Source of the DNA: a virus
Strand: one strand, 5' to 3'
Length of the DNA: 64,000 nt
IMG/VR virus record: IMGVR_UViG_3300005253_000487
Span: 1-64,000 of that record
The notes under the pieces are model-generated. The model saw only the letters and a list, made by a program, of their open reading frames with translations. It ran no database searches and was not told the origin of the DNA. Below, in pieces: positions 48,420 through 59,204 of this stretch. The position numbers were made by a program, and so were the translations under genes. Positions within the stretch are counted from its first letter, which is position 1; each line of letters opens with the position of its first letter.

Positions 48420-49040
48420 ATGCCTGCCTTTCCGCGTGCGATAGCTTCGAGGCTTAGTACCCCGCCAGAATTCCCTGAAGGGTTTGCAAGTTGGGGACAG
48501 TCAGGGAAGGGACAGTTCCGCTCCTTCGAAAACGTGGGTAGGATTTGGACGGAGATTTATCCGTCCTGGAATTACCTGACGACGGAAGGACGAGCACTTA
48601 TTCGCGCCATCAATTTAGCGCGGCGTGAATTAACGATCTGGACCATTCAACATCCGCACCTTATTGCCAACTATGGTGCACAAGGCGGATCTCCTTTGGT
48701 GGACGGTGCAAGCCAGGCAGGAGACACTATTCTTATTGATGGTGCGCCTGCGAGCACCCTCAATTGGTTGCGGGATGGGGACATCATTCTCATTGCAGGT
48801 AGCACACTCATCCTCGATGTCAAGGCGGACGTGGACACAGATAGTGCGGGGGATGCAACCATTCCCATCCATCCGCCCATCTTCACTGGTGGTAGTCCTA
48901 GTAATAATGCCGTCGTTACTATTGACGCATCCGCCATCAACTTCACTGCCGTGTTAGTAGGCACACAGATGCCCGACATTGAGGCGCACGGGGTGGTGGC
49001 AGCAGGCATGACGCTAACGTGGCGAGAACAACCATCATGA
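48420..49040 (+). CDS. Distal tail-like protein
   Basis: Position after tape measure; PLVDGASQ.G...IPIHPP. Confidence 0.6.
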   Translation: MPAFPRAIASRLSTPPEFPEGFASWGQSGKGQFRSFENVGRIWTEIYPSWNYLTTEGRALIRAINLARRELTIWTIQHPHLIANYGAQGGSPLVDGASQAGDTILIDGAPASTLNWLRDGDIILIAGSTLILDVKADVDTDSAGDATIPIHPPIFTGGSPSNNAVVTIDASAINFTAVLVGTQMPDIEAHGVVAAGMTLTWREQPS

Positions 49041-49050
49041 GGGTGTTAGC

Positions 49051-49704
49051 ATGAGTCCAGGTACACGCACACTCGGCTCAGGCATCGCTGCGGAGCTTAC
49101 CAGTCTCAATGCGGAAGCAGTGCACCTTGTGGAGATTGTATTCTCCAGCGGTACTGAGCGTCTCAGTACGGGCACACGTGATATTGATTGGGATGGGTTT
49201 ACGTGGAGTGCAGTAGGTGGGATACTGCAGATTGGTGCTGTTGAAGAGGCGCAGTCGCCGAAGAATGCAGGCATGGATATTGCGCTCGCAGGTATTGACC
49301 AAACGATTGTCAGTGCTCTGCTGAGTGCTCACTACCGGGGACGCTCCCTTAAGTTATGGCGGGCGTATCTTGACCAAGCGACTGGCCTCATTATTGTGGA
49401 CCCCGTTCCTTTGATAGACCACTTGCAACTTGAGGGCTATCGGATTGAGGAAAACATCAGTCGTGGGAGTCCGTTGACTGTTACGATTAAGACGCGGGTA
49501 TCCTTACGTGCAAGTATCCCGGAGCGGCGGGGTATCCAGTGCAATCTGATAAGTCATCAGAGTGTACACACGGATGAGACGTTCATGCAACACGTTGCAG
49601 GTCTTAAAGGGAAGTTAAACTATTGGGGCACGGAAGCGCCAACGCGCATTGGTGGTGGGGGTGGTGGTGGAAACCAAGACGATGGTCCGGATGAGAGGCT
49701 GTAA
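49051..49704 (+). CDS. Minor tail / baseplate hub protein
   Basis: Position; WDG.TW..VG. Confidence 0.6.
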   Translation: MSPGTRTLGSGIAAELTSLNAEAVHLVEIVFSSGTERLSTGTRDIDWDGFTWSAVGGILQIGAVEEAQSPKNAGMDIALAGIDQTIVSALLSAHYRGRSLKLWRAYLDQATGLIIVDPVPLIDHLQLEGYRIEENISRGSPLTVTIKTRVSLRASIPERRGIQCNLISHQSVHTDETFMQHVAGLKGKLNYWGTEAPTRIGGGGGGGNQDDGPDERL

Positions 49705-50154
49705 ATGATTCTTCCCCGCGTACTGGATTGGCGTAGCAGGCTTGTCCCTTGGGCGGAGGGGCTACGTGGGGAACCCTACGAATGGGGGCTTACGGACTGT
49801 GGTAAGATAGCGTGCGCCGCATTGGCTGAGATGTTTGGACAGGACATCGCAGCGCTGCCCCCGTACACTACGGCCGCGGAGGCTGTCCGTGTACTGTCCG
49901 CTGCCGGTGGCGCGGGAGGAATCATGCAACGCCTCGGTGCGGAGCCCGTCACATCCATGTTCCTACAGTCAGGTGCGATTGTAGTGGACCCCGACAAGGG
50001 TGATGAACATTTTCCAGGTATCTATGTCTACGTTGAACCAATATTGATAACAAGTCATCTAGAGACGGGTGTTGAGTGGTACGAACGGGAGGGCGTGCTG
50101 GGAGCTAACGCCGTCGTCTTCAATCTTTGGGAGGCACTACTCCCCGATGGGTAG
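49705..50154 (+). CDS. NlpC/P60-like tail assembly protein
   Basis: PYEWGLTDC. Confidence 0.7.
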   Translation: MILPRVLDWRSRLVPWAEGLRGEPYEWGLTDCGKIACAALAEMFGQDIAALPPYTTAAEAVRVLSAAGGAGGIMQRLGAEPVTSMFLQSGAIVVDPDKGDEHFPGIYVYVEPILITSHLETGVEWYEREGVLGANAVVFNLWEALLPDG

Positions 50155-53100
50155 TAAAGTTGGAAGAATTGTTGCGGGCGTAATTCTCACGGCAGGAAGT
50201 GTCGTTGCTCTTGCGTTTGGGCAACCACAGCTTGCCTACGCGTTGGGTTCGATCGGCCTTGGGATGCTTTACAACGAGGCTTTTGGTGCACGTGGCCTCA
50301 ATGATCGTCAAGCTACGGTGATGGAAAACCGGACGGACGTGCGCGAACATATCCCGCTCATCTACGGAGAGACGCGTGTCGGCGCGAACATGATTGACAT
50401 CCGGGTGGATGATGCAAGCCCCGATAACAAGAGATTGGCACTCGTGGCAGCCTTTTGCTTGGGCTCTTCTGATGGTGGGGACATTGAAGGCGTCCAGACT
50501 ATCTACTTGGATGATAAGATTGCGTGGACAAAAGGCGCCGGTTTGGCGGGAGTGTACAACGGTTTCCTGCCAGTCAGTGATACCATTCAGTCAAAGTTCT
50601 TAAAGGTAACGGTGCACGAAGGTGCTACATCACAGACAGTAGATGCTGATTTAACTGCTCTATTCCCAACGGAGCATCCTAGCACGTCACGTGGGCGTAG
50701 TGTGTGCTATGTTACACTATTGGCGTGGGCAGATTCAGATGTCTATCCAAATGGTATTCCACGCATCAATGCCTTGATTCGCGGGCAACGGTGTTTCGAT
50801 CCACGCACATCCACAACGATCTATACGCAGAACCCTGCGGTCATTATTCGAGACTATCTTGTTTCCACGGTCTATGGGTTTGGAGTACCGACAGCTGACA
50901 TCATTGAGCAGACCTTCATAGACATGGCGAATTACTGTGACGAGATCGTCTCACTCCCTTCAGCTGGATCGCAGAAGCGTTTTGTGGCCAATGGTTGGGT
51001 TGACACGTCGAAGTCCTTGTCTAGTAACCTCGCAGACCTCGCCACATCTTGCCGCGCCCAGGTCTTTGAAACGGGCGGGAAGTGGCAAATCCATATTCGG
51101 CGCACGCTTGCTGTTAGCGGTCTCAAGTTGGACAAGGGCAACACGGTGGAGGGAAGCTGGAACTTCTTCCTCCCAGGTTCGCGGGATGTACCGAATGTCA
51201 TGCGTGCAACGTACCTGGATCCCGCGAGGGACTACCGCCCGGATACAGTGCAGTGGCCTGACCCAGGTGCAGCTAACCCCGCACTGACAAACGACAACGA
51301 TTTCGAGAGTCGGTTTGCAATAGACCTACCGTATACGGACAACCGACTGCGGGCGCAACAATTTTGCTTGACGTTGACGAAGGAAATGCGCGAAGGGATT
51401 ATGGTTACCCTGACCGCGAAAGGAGAATTGCTCCAAGGCAAGATTGGTGACATTGTCGAATTGACATACTTGACGCCAGGGTGGGTGGATAAGCCCTTCT
51501 GGATTATTGCAATGAACATCAAGTCTGATTTCAACATAGATATGGTTCTTGTTGAATATGAGTCTACGGTCTACGACTTGGATGCGCAGGTAGACCAACC
51601 TGCCATTCCCAATACTAATCTTCCTGATCCGCATGCCGCACCACCACCTACAAGCCTTGTGCTTACCGCTGATGCCTCAGTGGCGCAGGAAACAAATGCT
51701 GGTGTTTATATCCCACGCATCCGGGCGACCTGGGTTGATGCTGATCATAACTTTGTGGCCCAATACGACCTTGAAGCCAAGCCATCAAGCGTCAGTGAAC
51801 TGTGGGATTCTTTTGGTCCGGTTCCTGTAGGTGAGGAATACTTTCTAGTCTATCCTGTTGATGAACAATCGTGGGACGTTCGTATACGCACGGTGACAAA
51901 GAGTGGGGTTAAAAGCGACTGGGTAGAAGAAACTGTTTCTGTAGACCTTGGTCCACACGCGCAGATTGGGGCGCTTGGTACGACGGTTAAGCGTACAGAT
52001 GGGTCGGCGGTAGTTCGTGCAGAGCTTGATCCTGCTGTAAAGTCGGTTCGTTATGTCGCGATTGTAGGTGTCGCTCCCTCGTGGCCAAATGATGCTGCGG
52101 TTGAGGCTGGTACAATTATTACTCCAACAGCAACCTTTGTTGATATCGCTTTTGGCGCGGGCACCGTTCTTCCTGGCGAGCGGCTGCTCATTCGTATGGT
52201 GCCCTATGCTGCTATTAACGGCATTGGGCCCGATGGGTCTGCGGCGACACATGGATCTATTGTTGCTGACCTCGATGGGACGGATCAACCTGAAGTACGG
52301 TCGATTGCGTTTCGTGTGAGCGCTTTAGGTGTTGTTGATCTTATAATTCGGACGATGCAAGCGAAGTCAATTAAGTGGGCAGTATCAAACTCCTCTTTCC
52401 CAACACCTGTTACAAACGCTAATACGGACAGCGAAGGTGTTGTTGAACTCTTAGGTGTAGACACCCTCATTACTGGCGAGACTTTGTTTGTTGCAGTTCT
52501 CGCCTATGAGGCAATCAATCAGGGCGGTGTTGTTGGTACAGTGGAGGGGCGTGATAAGTATCTCTATGCACTCGAACCCACGGTCGAGAGCGTTGGGACG
52601 ACGGTTCACACCGCTGACGGATCGGCTACGGTCCGCATGGAACTCTCGCCGCTTGTGTTGTCGATTCGCTATGCAACGGCGGTTGGTGCGAACCCCAGCT
52701 TTCCAAACGATGCTGCGGTAGAAGCAGGCACGATCGTTAACACAACCGACACCGAGGAACTTACGTTTGCGCCGGGTACCGTAGCCCCAGGAGAGCGCCT
52801 CTTAATTCGAATCGCGCCTTATGCAGCAACTGGTGGTGTTGGGCCAGACTCTTCTGCAGCGACACACGGTAAGATAGTTGCCGACCTGGATGGCGAGGAT
52901 CAGCCAGAGGTATTCGGACTTGAGATAGAGATTGACGACAGCGGTGTTGCGGATCTCGCGGTTCGCACAAGCAAGACCGGTAGTGTTAAGTGGGTAGAAA
53001 ATACCACGGGTTTTGTGTCGAAGGCCACGGTACGGTCCTCCGGGACAACGAGTAACGTAGATGCTGATGGGCTGTTTGAGACGGCGGGGTATCGCACACT

Positions 53101-54958
53101 TACTGCAGCTCAGACAAGTTATATCTCGATGCTTGCCTTTGCCGCCTCGGGTGCGGGTGGCGTAGAAGGTCCAGTTCTAACGAAGCGGAAGCGGGCGTAT
53201 GAGGGTGGCGGTGGAGGATCAAGTATCAATGCGCCGCGGGCGACGGCCGAGGTTACGTCGCAAACGACTACTGACGAGACCTTCACGCTGAAAGCGATCG
53301 CCGGCCCCGGGGGATCTTCCAACCTCCAAGTGAAGCACCGGACCCAAGTATCGGGTTCAGCCTTTGGGGGCTTTAGTGCGTGGTTCACCGCACCGAGAAC
53401 CAACGTCACCATTACCCGGCACGCCCGGTTGACGACTATCCTTGAAGTTGTGGCACGCGATGTTAACCGCGGCAACATCGAGTCATTCCCCTATCAATAT
53501 CAGGTGCGTGGGGCAGAACAGCATGTCTTAGACACCGGCAAGAAAAAGCGTGATTGGCAGTTCGACGACAATGAATATGCCGTTATGGCGAGTGCCTCAG
53601 ACGGGAAGACCGCCAACGCGGCTGTCAAGGAGTCCGGTGGTAGGGCCGTCAACCTCCTTTACGCGAAGGCCCTCATCGGCGACCCCGACACGGCCGACGC
53701 AATTGCTAACGGTGCAGTAGCTAGGGTTACTACGAATAATGAAGCGACGGGCGGAGGTCGGGGATTCACTGGGTTAGACTCGTCCGCCAGGTTGGTGACG
53801 GGAACGGTTGTAAAAACGGTGGCGGAGATTGATGACGGTGTCGGTCGTTCTGTAACAGGGCTCTCGGTCTCAGGTGAGGTTACGGTAGGCACCGTTGCAA
53901 AGTCAGTATCTGAAATAGATGATGCTGTTGTTCGGGCAACAGATGGGCTTGATAATGTTGGGCAAGTTAGAAAAGGCTTTCAGTTTGATGAGCGTGTAAT
54001 GGCGCTTACGGTGGAGAACAACGACGATGTGGCAACAGGTACCGTTACGCTTCAGCGCCTCACGACAGTCCACCCCGACACTAAAATTAGCGGCTTCGCG
54101 GGTGGTGCTGCTGGACGCGTGATTGTCATATACCATGCGTCAGGGCCTCCCGCAATACTTCTGAATCTTACAACTTCTGCGGCTGCCAATCAACTACGAC
54201 TCCCGGACAGCCTGCACCACCACATAGAACCGAACACGGCGGCCTGGCTCCACTACGACACCTCCGATTCCAAGTGGCATGTTCTGGGCGTGAGAACACA
54301 CGTCTTCACCGATGACATCCGAGCGGGACAATTTGGTGGCGGAGCCTATTCGTTTGCAGGCGCCTTAACCGTTAATGGAGACTTATTCGCTGGTGCATTC
54401 TTAGACGTTGTTAACGACATAACTGGGGATAGAGTCTTTGCTCTGTCCGACGGTTCCGTGCTCAAAGACACGACTGTTGACCGACTTACTGCTGAAAGTA
54501 TTGTTAAGGTCACAGTTCCGAAAGCTAGTTCTGGTGGTCCACAGGCTGATCTAAGTTGGCATCGGTTCTTTCGGTTTGAGAAAACCGGTCTTGCTGAAAA
54601 TGCCACCCACAACATCTTCAAGATTACTCTTGGAGGTATTAGAAGATCCGTTCATGTCAGAGCTGTAGCTGTCTGGCGATCTCCTGGAGGGTTTGTTTTC
54701 GGTCGTGAGTCTGGTGTTCAAGAGGGAACCATCTGGACCAATGACGGCCCAACCGCAGCCTTTATCCAACTGTCGAATCTTAACTCTGGTACGGGCTCGG
54801 GTGACTCCTACTGGGCAACGCCATCTATTTTCGGGGCAGTGTGTACGTTCAAATTCCATATTAGAGACAACGGTGGGAGCACCACAAACAGCGTAGTAGG
54901 TGCCTATGTCGAGATATGGGACGACGATGTAGACCAGGCAACCGTAGCAATAGTATAG
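50147..54958 (+). CDS. Tail tip / host-specificity protein (lambda J-like) with long C-terminal extension
   Basis: IPLIYGETRVG, G...DPRT...NPA..IRDYL, GDIV; ~1600 aa. Confidence 0.88.
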   Translation: MGSKVGRIVAGVILTAGSVVALAFGQPQLAYALGSIGLGMLYNEAFGARGLNDRQATVMENRTDVREHIPLIYGETRVGANMIDIRVDDASPDNKRLALVAAFCLGSSDGGDIEGVQTIYLDDKIAWTKGAGLAGVYNGFLPVSDTIQSKFLKVTVHEGATSQTVDADLTALFPTEHPSTSRGRSVCYVTLLAWADSDVYPNGIPRINALIRGQRCFDPRTSTTIYTQNPAVIIRDYLVSTVYGFGVPTADIIEQTFIDMANYCDEIVSLPSAGSQKRFVANGWVDTSKSLSSNLADLATSCRAQVFETGGKWQIHIRRTLAVSGLKLDKGNTVEGSWNFFLPGSRDVPNVMRATYLDPARDYRPDTVQWPDPGAANPALTNDNDFESRFAIDLPYTDNRLRAQQFCLTLTKEMREGIMVTLTAKGELLQGKIGDIVELTYLTPGWVDKPFWIIAMNIKSDFNIDMVLVEYESTVYDLDAQVDQPAIPNTNLPDPHAAPPPTSLVLTADASVAQETNAGVYIPRIRATWVDADHNFVAQYDLEAKPSSVSELWDSFGPVPVGEEYFLVYPVDEQSWDVRIRTVTKSGVKSDWVEETVSVDLGPHAQIGALGTTVKRTDGSAVVRAELDPAVKSVRYVAIVGVAPSWPNDAAVEAGTIITPTATFVDIAFGAGTVLPGERLLIRMVPYAAINGIGPDGSAATHGSIVADLDGTDQPEVRSIAFRVSALGVVDLIIRTMQAKSIKWAVSNSSFPTPVTNANTDSEGVVELLGVDTLITGETLFVAVLAYEAINQGGVVGTVEGRDKYLYALEPTVESVGTTVHTADGSATVRMELSPLVLSIRYATAVGANPSFPNDAAVEAGTIVNTTDTEELTFAPGTVAPGERLLIRIAPYAATGGVGPDSSAATHGKIVADLDGEDQPEVFGLEIEIDDSGVADLAVRTSKTGSVKWVENTTGFVSKATVRSSGTTSNVDADGLFETAGYRTLTAAQTSYISMLAFAASGAGGVEGPVLTKRKRAYEGGGGGSSINAPRATAEVTSQTTTDETFTLKAIAGPGGSSNLQVKHRTQVSGSAFGGFSAWFTAPRTNVTITRHARLTTILEVVARDVNRGNIESFPYQYQVRGAEQHVLDTGKKKRDWQFDDNEYAVMASASDGKTANAAVKESGGRAVNLLYAKALIGDPDTADAIANGAVARVTTNNEATGGGRGFTGLDSSARLVTGTVVKTVAEIDDGVGRSVTGLSVSGEVTVGTVAKSVSEIDDAVVRATDGLDNVGQVRKGFQFDERVMALTVENNDDVATGTVTLQRLTTVHPDTKISGFAGGAAGRVIVIYHASGPPAILLNLTTSAAANQLRLPDSLHHHIEPNTAAWLHYDTSDSKWHVLGVRTHVFTDDIRAGQFGGGAYSFAGALTVNGDLFAGAFLDVVNDITGDRVFALSDGSVLKDTTVDRLTAESIVKVTVPKASSGGPQADLSWHRFFRFEKTGLAENATHNIFKITLGGIRRSVHVRAVAVWRSPGGFVFGRESGVQEGTIWTNDGPTAAFIQLSNLNSGTGSGDSYWATPSIFGAVCTFKFHIRDNGGSTTNSVVGAYVEIWDDDVDQATVAIV

Positions 54959-55238
54959 GGGGGGATTTTAATGAGTCTCAGAGAAGAACTTCTCAGTGAA
55001 CCCGTCAATATCGTACGGGATAAAGAAAGATTGGTTGATGTAACCATTCGGAGTTTACCGGATGGTGACTCTTTGGTGGGTAGTTGGGAGGCACCCGACG
55101 TCCACGGCCAGATGCTGCGCTATAACCGCACGGTAGACGAAGTGTTGGCCGCGGATCTCATACGACGATTCGACACACTTACAGTGACAGCATTGATAGA
55201 CGCGGTGGCAGAGGACACTAAACAAAAGTAGGGGTGTT

Positions 55239-55787
55239 ATGGCTGATCGAATTGGGAAACTGTGCGACGATTGTCAGAAATGCGGCGAGGAGAAGGTGAT
55301 CGGACTTTGCAGTTGCCCGGTGATGTATATGGTGGTTGGGACGTTCGAGAGCGGCTATATCGAGGATGATGTTGTACTGCCGCGGTTTGGCTGGGAAATC
55401 TTTGCCGACTACCACGAAGATACCGATCGCCTGGTGCAGCTGAATTTGACCCGTGTGGAATTGTGTGGGTGCTGTTGGGTCAAACGGCTCTCGCGACCCA
55501 AGGCGCTCGAGGAGGTCACGGGGGCACAATACTGTGTGGAGCGGAGGGCGGCTTACTGGAAAGCGAATCCGGCGGCGGCGAAAGCAAAGGCGGAGAGAGA
55601 AGCGGCGGCGGAGGCGGAGGTGGAGAGGGTGGAGGCGCATAGGGTGGCAGTGGCGAGGGCGGCAGCAATGGCAGAGTTGGAAAAAGAGGCGTACGCCGAA
55701 GCACGCGAGCGGGTGGCGCTGGAGGCAGCGACAGAGGAGTCTACAGAGGGAGGAGACGATGGCACGGAAGATCAAGGCGACGGTTGA
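55239..55787 (+). CDS. Hypothetical protein (Cys motifs, Ala/Glu coiled coil)
   Basis: GGGG RBS, 182 aa. Confidence 0.55.
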   Translation: MADRIGKLCDDCQKCGEEKVIGLCSCPVMYMVVGTFESGYIEDDVVLPRFGWEIFADYHEDTDRLVQLNLTRVELCGCCWVKRLSRPKALEEVTGAQYCVERRAAYWKANPAAAKAKAEREAAAEAEVERVEAHRVAVARAAAMAELEKEAYAEARERVALEAATEESTEGGDDGTEDQGDG

Positions 55788-56075
55788 GACGAACGACGGC
55801 GCCGGCCCGCGCGATGTCGTACACTGCGAGGCGTGTGGTCGGGATGTTGTTATAGATGTTGATGGAAGCCCTGTTGGTTGTGAAATAGACCGCCGCACAA
55901 AGCTACGTGCTCTAGTGGACCGTGGTAAGTATCATCTGCAAAAGGATCTCACTTGCCTAGAATCTGCACTACCTGCGCATTGTGAAACGTGTGATTTTAA
56001 AGAAGGCGAAGAAGAGGGATAACTATTCCGTGGGGGGTCCTTAATGCGCCTGCACAGTCTGGGGGGAAGTGAAAA

Positions 56076-56420
56076 ATGAGCACAGCAAACGAACAGTGGT
56101 GGGAACGCCTCGGTCGTATGATAGGTGGCTGGGCACTCGCGCTTCTTGTGATTTGGAAGTATCCTGTGCCACCTGATGGTATTGAGTTCATGGAAGCCAC
56201 GGTGCGGTGGGGCTTCCTTGCCTCACTCATCGCCTTGGGTGTCGGCATGGCGCACAGTACTGTCTTTGGTATTGTGTTGGGTTATATGGGCCGTTGGTAT
56301 TCTTTCTTGCGCCGGGGTAAGCGTAACGGTGGACCCGTGGCGCCCACATCTGTAGAGGAAGGCACGCGTGTCCAATCTGCTGTTACAGGCAGTGACAAGA
56401 AACAACGAGGGAGCAAATGA
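56076..56420 (+). CDS. Putative holin
   Basis: 2-3 hydrophobic segments, basic C-terminus, immediately upstream of amidase. Confidence 0.6.
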   Translation: MSTANEQWWERLGRMIGGWALALLVIWKYPVPPDGIEFMEATVRWGFLASLIALGVGMAHSTVFGIVLGYMGRWYSFLRRGKRNGGPVAPTSVEEGTRVQSAVTGSDKKQRGSK

Positions 56421-56995
56421 CACCTCCGACAATCATAGAGCAGCTGGTCGAGTGGCATGGTATTCGTCATCGCAACGTCGAAGGCATTGTGACGCACGCG
56501 ATGGGTGAGTATATCGTCGTGCCAGGTAAAGGGACCTTCCATGCTACGGAATTCCTCGAACGCTCCCCGGAGCTGGTTGGGAAGACGCTATCGGCACATT
56601 GTCTTGGGCAGCCCAACGGTGAGATTGTTCGCCTGGTGCCTGATGATAGACTTGCCTGGCACGCAGGTGAGTCGCGCTTGGGTGACTTGATTGGGTTGAA
56701 CAAAACATTCCTTGGGTACGAGTGGTTGGTGCCCGGAGAGTGGCACATTACAGCGTTCAACGACGCCATGCGAACAGGGAAGGCGCAGTTTACGCCCGAG
56801 CAGTATGAGAGTGGTGGATGGCAATACGCTCAGTGGATGAACGCCTACGATTTTGGGAGGCACCGTGTAGTAACGCACGCGCAGGTCGCCGGTGATGATG
56901 TGCGTGGACCTGGTCGGGGGAAGCTAGACCCCGGCGTTGGTTTCAACCAAGGGCGCTTGTCCATTGCCATTGACCGTATACGTGCAAACGATTAG
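56417..56995 (+). CDS. Endolysin, N-acetylmuramoyl-L-alanine amidase (Amidase_2)
   Basis: IVTH, SAH, AWHAG, GYE, VVTH...KLDPG. Confidence 0.9.
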   Translation: MTPPTIIEQLVEWHGIRHRNVEGIVTHAMGEYIVVPGKGTFHATEFLERSPELVGKTLSAHCLGQPNGEIVRLVPDDRLAWHAGESRLGDLIGLNKTFLGYEWLVPGEWHITAFNDAMRTGKAQFTPEQYESGGWQYAQWMNAYDFGRHRVVTHAQVAGDDVRGPGRGKLDPGVGFNQGRLSIAIDRIRAND

Positions 56996-57003
56996 GAGGT
57001 AAC

Positions 57004-57747
57004 ATGACAGGGCAACAAAAGGTCATCGTTGGGTTCACTATCGTGCTCGTGCTTCTAAGCACAGTGCTGGGTCTCGCGCTTCGTGCCAAGCAACGTGCAG
57101 AACGTGACCTGGATGTTGCTGTAGCTAACACCGCGGCGGCCCAGACGGCACAGCTACGCATGGAGGAGGAGGGTCGGGCAACGGTCCTTCGGTTGCAGCT
57201 ACAGCACGACTCGGACAGCATTGCACAATTGGCGCTCGCTAATGTATCGGCAGCACTCCTGCGGATGAATGATTCCTTGGGTGTGCAGGTCAAGGCGTTG
57301 ACGGAGGTGAAGGTAACGTTCGAAGCGCGGATGCAAGAGTTTGATGAAGCGTTAGTAGAGATGGCGGACGCGGTAACGCCGCAAGGGGATACGGTGCGGA
57401 TAGCAGCCTTCGTAGAAGAGGGGCCGCCCGTGGAAGGTGAGATCGTGGTCGAGGTACCCAAGAACCCCGCCGCTCCCATCATGTTGACGACAGTGCTGCG
57501 GCCCACGCCATGGGACGCCACGCTTCAGTTAGGCTGTACGAAAGACAACGTAGCCAGCTTTGCATTAGACTCCCCGGACTGGGTCCCGTTAACAATTGAG
57601 TTAGGTGTAGTAGACCAGGAAGTGTGCCTGCCCCTCGCCAACACTACCTTCGCGGGCAAGTTGTTCAGCCTGGACGTGTCGAAGGTAGTGTGGGCAGGCG
57701 CCGGAGGGTTAGTGGCCCTATTACTCCTTGGCACGTTGGGTAATTAG
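57004..57747 (+). CDS. Spanin-like membrane protein
   Basis: N-terminal TM, coiled coil, C-terminal TM; follows endolysin. Confidence 0.5.
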   Translation: MTGQQKVIVGFTIVLVLLSTVLGLALRAKQRAERDLDVAVANTAAAQTAQLRMEEEGRATVLRLQLQHDSDSIAQLALANVSAALLRMNDSLGVQVKALTEVKVTFEARMQEFDEALVEMADAVTPQGDTVRIAAFVEEGPPVEGEIVVEVPKNPAAPIMLTTVLRPTPWDATLQLGCTKDNVASFALDSPDWVPLTIELGVVDQEVCLPLANTTFAGKLFSLDVSKVVWAGAGGLVALLLLGTLGN

Positions 57748-57751
57748 AGCG

Positions 57752-58177
57752 CTACCGGTGGGTGCTAACAATGGACCGGCCCATACGCGTAGTGGTTGCT
57801 CCACGGGGTATGGGCGTGTCGTCCGTGCCCGCCACCATCAACTTACCATTAAGGAAGAACACCGCGCATTTATAACGCGGGTGTCTGTCTGATAGTAATG
57901 CGTACCAATACAAGCCAGGCTTCGTTGGCGGTGTTGCTGTCCATCTGGGTGTCCTAGTCCTAGCTGGCGGTATTGCTGCCTCACTTGTGTAACCATCTAA
58001 GCGTAAGGCTTCCTCGAGGTCGTCTGAGAATTCTGCGTCCACGGGTCGACGCCACACAGCATAGGTGGCTAGAATATCCTGGGCCATGGGATCCTTAGTA
58101 CTCAGTGGTACCTTACCCGCGGGACATCCTGGATACTTGTCACTCTTAAACTCGCCGTTGACTAAATGTGCGCCCAT
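57752..58177 (-). CDS. Hypothetical protein
   Basis: 141 aa; W...PPTKPGLYWY motif. Confidence 0.55.
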   Translation of the reverse strand: MGAHLVNGEFKSDKYPGCPAGKVPLSTKDPMAQDILATYAVWRRPVDAEFSDDLEEALRLDGYTSEAAIPPARTRTPRWTATPPTKPGLYWYALLSDRHPRYKCAVFFLNGKLMVAGTDDTPIPRGATTTRMGRSIVSTHR

Positions 58178-58684
58178 GAATTACTCTCCAGGCTTATGGT
58201 CAATACAGTAACAACAATACTTCCCAATCTGTGCCACGGATACGTCACACACGATACACCAACGCTTTCCTATGCGTGCTACCTCACGCGTGTGATAGAC
58301 CTTACCTTCAGGTAGCCTACGGTGACAGAATTTGCACAGGGTATAGAGTGTGGGGTTGTCTGGTAGCTCTACTGCATTGCTCTCCTCCAGCTTGCACCTT
58401 GCACAGATCACCGAGGCGCCCCCGCGGACCATAGCTTAAATCCAAGGAACCCCCCATATAGCGCGGCATTGGACGCGGGTGGGGGGAACACACTGTAGAT
58501 GTACTGTACATGGGAAGCGCATGGGTTCACGCTTCCCAACCGTACCAGAACGTTCGGCCGAACAATGCAAACCAACGTTCCCATTGACGAGCATGACGAG
58601 TGAACCCAACCCCAAAGAACTTGCCCCAACCATTGGTCCTTTCAACCTCATTGTGGAAACGAGACCCGGCGTAGAAACCCATTG

Positions 58685-59188
58685 CTACTCCGCGGGGATC
58701 AAATACGTGGCTGTGCAATTGGGCGTTTCCCACACCTCGACAGACGTGAGGCGTGCGCCCTTGATGGTTGTGTTGAGCGCCGTGTGCAAGGGGCCGGCGA
58801 TCAGACCTGCCCAATACTTCGCCAACTCCTCGGCGGTCGGGATGCATGGGACGGGTACAATACTGTTTCCTAGAAGGGCAACCCTCCTGTCGAGGTAGCT
58901 CACCAGTCGGTCTTCAGGATGTCTTGCCATTACTAATGGGTCAAGCTCCCATAGCATGAAGCAGTGATCAAACTTGGCATGAATGTGTTCCATCATTACG
59001 CGTTTGATGGCGCCGAAGTCTATTATCATACCACTGTCAGGTGCGTTGGTGCTGGGCGACACAAGACTGAGTGCGGACACGCTGGCGATGATCTTGTAGC
59101 GATGCCCATGTAGGTGTCGGCACCGGGAGTCGTGGAAAGGAACGCGGTGCCCAGCGTCGATCTCAATTGTGCGACGGACGACGTACAT
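58685..59188 (-). CDS. queD: 6-carboxy-tetrahydropterin synthase
   Basis: DAGHR, CRHLHGH, GMIIDFG, PTAE, VWET; AAGGAG RBS. Confidence 0.92.
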   Translation of the reverse strand: MYVVRRTIEIDAGHRVPFHDSRCRHLHGHRYKIIASVSALSLVSPSTNAPDSGMIIDFGAIKRVMMEHIHAKFDHCFMLWELDPLVMARHPEDRLVSYLDRRVALLGNSIVPVPCIPTAEELAKYWAGLIAGPLHTALNTTIKGARLTSVEVWETPNCTATYLIPAE

Positions 59189-59204
59189 GAATGCTCCTTT
59201 TGTG

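Noticed and set aside
50147-54958. Diversity-generating retroelement targeting the tail tip
   Set aside because: No reverse transcriptase or adenine-specific TR/VR pair seen; the duplication is old and diverged at all bases
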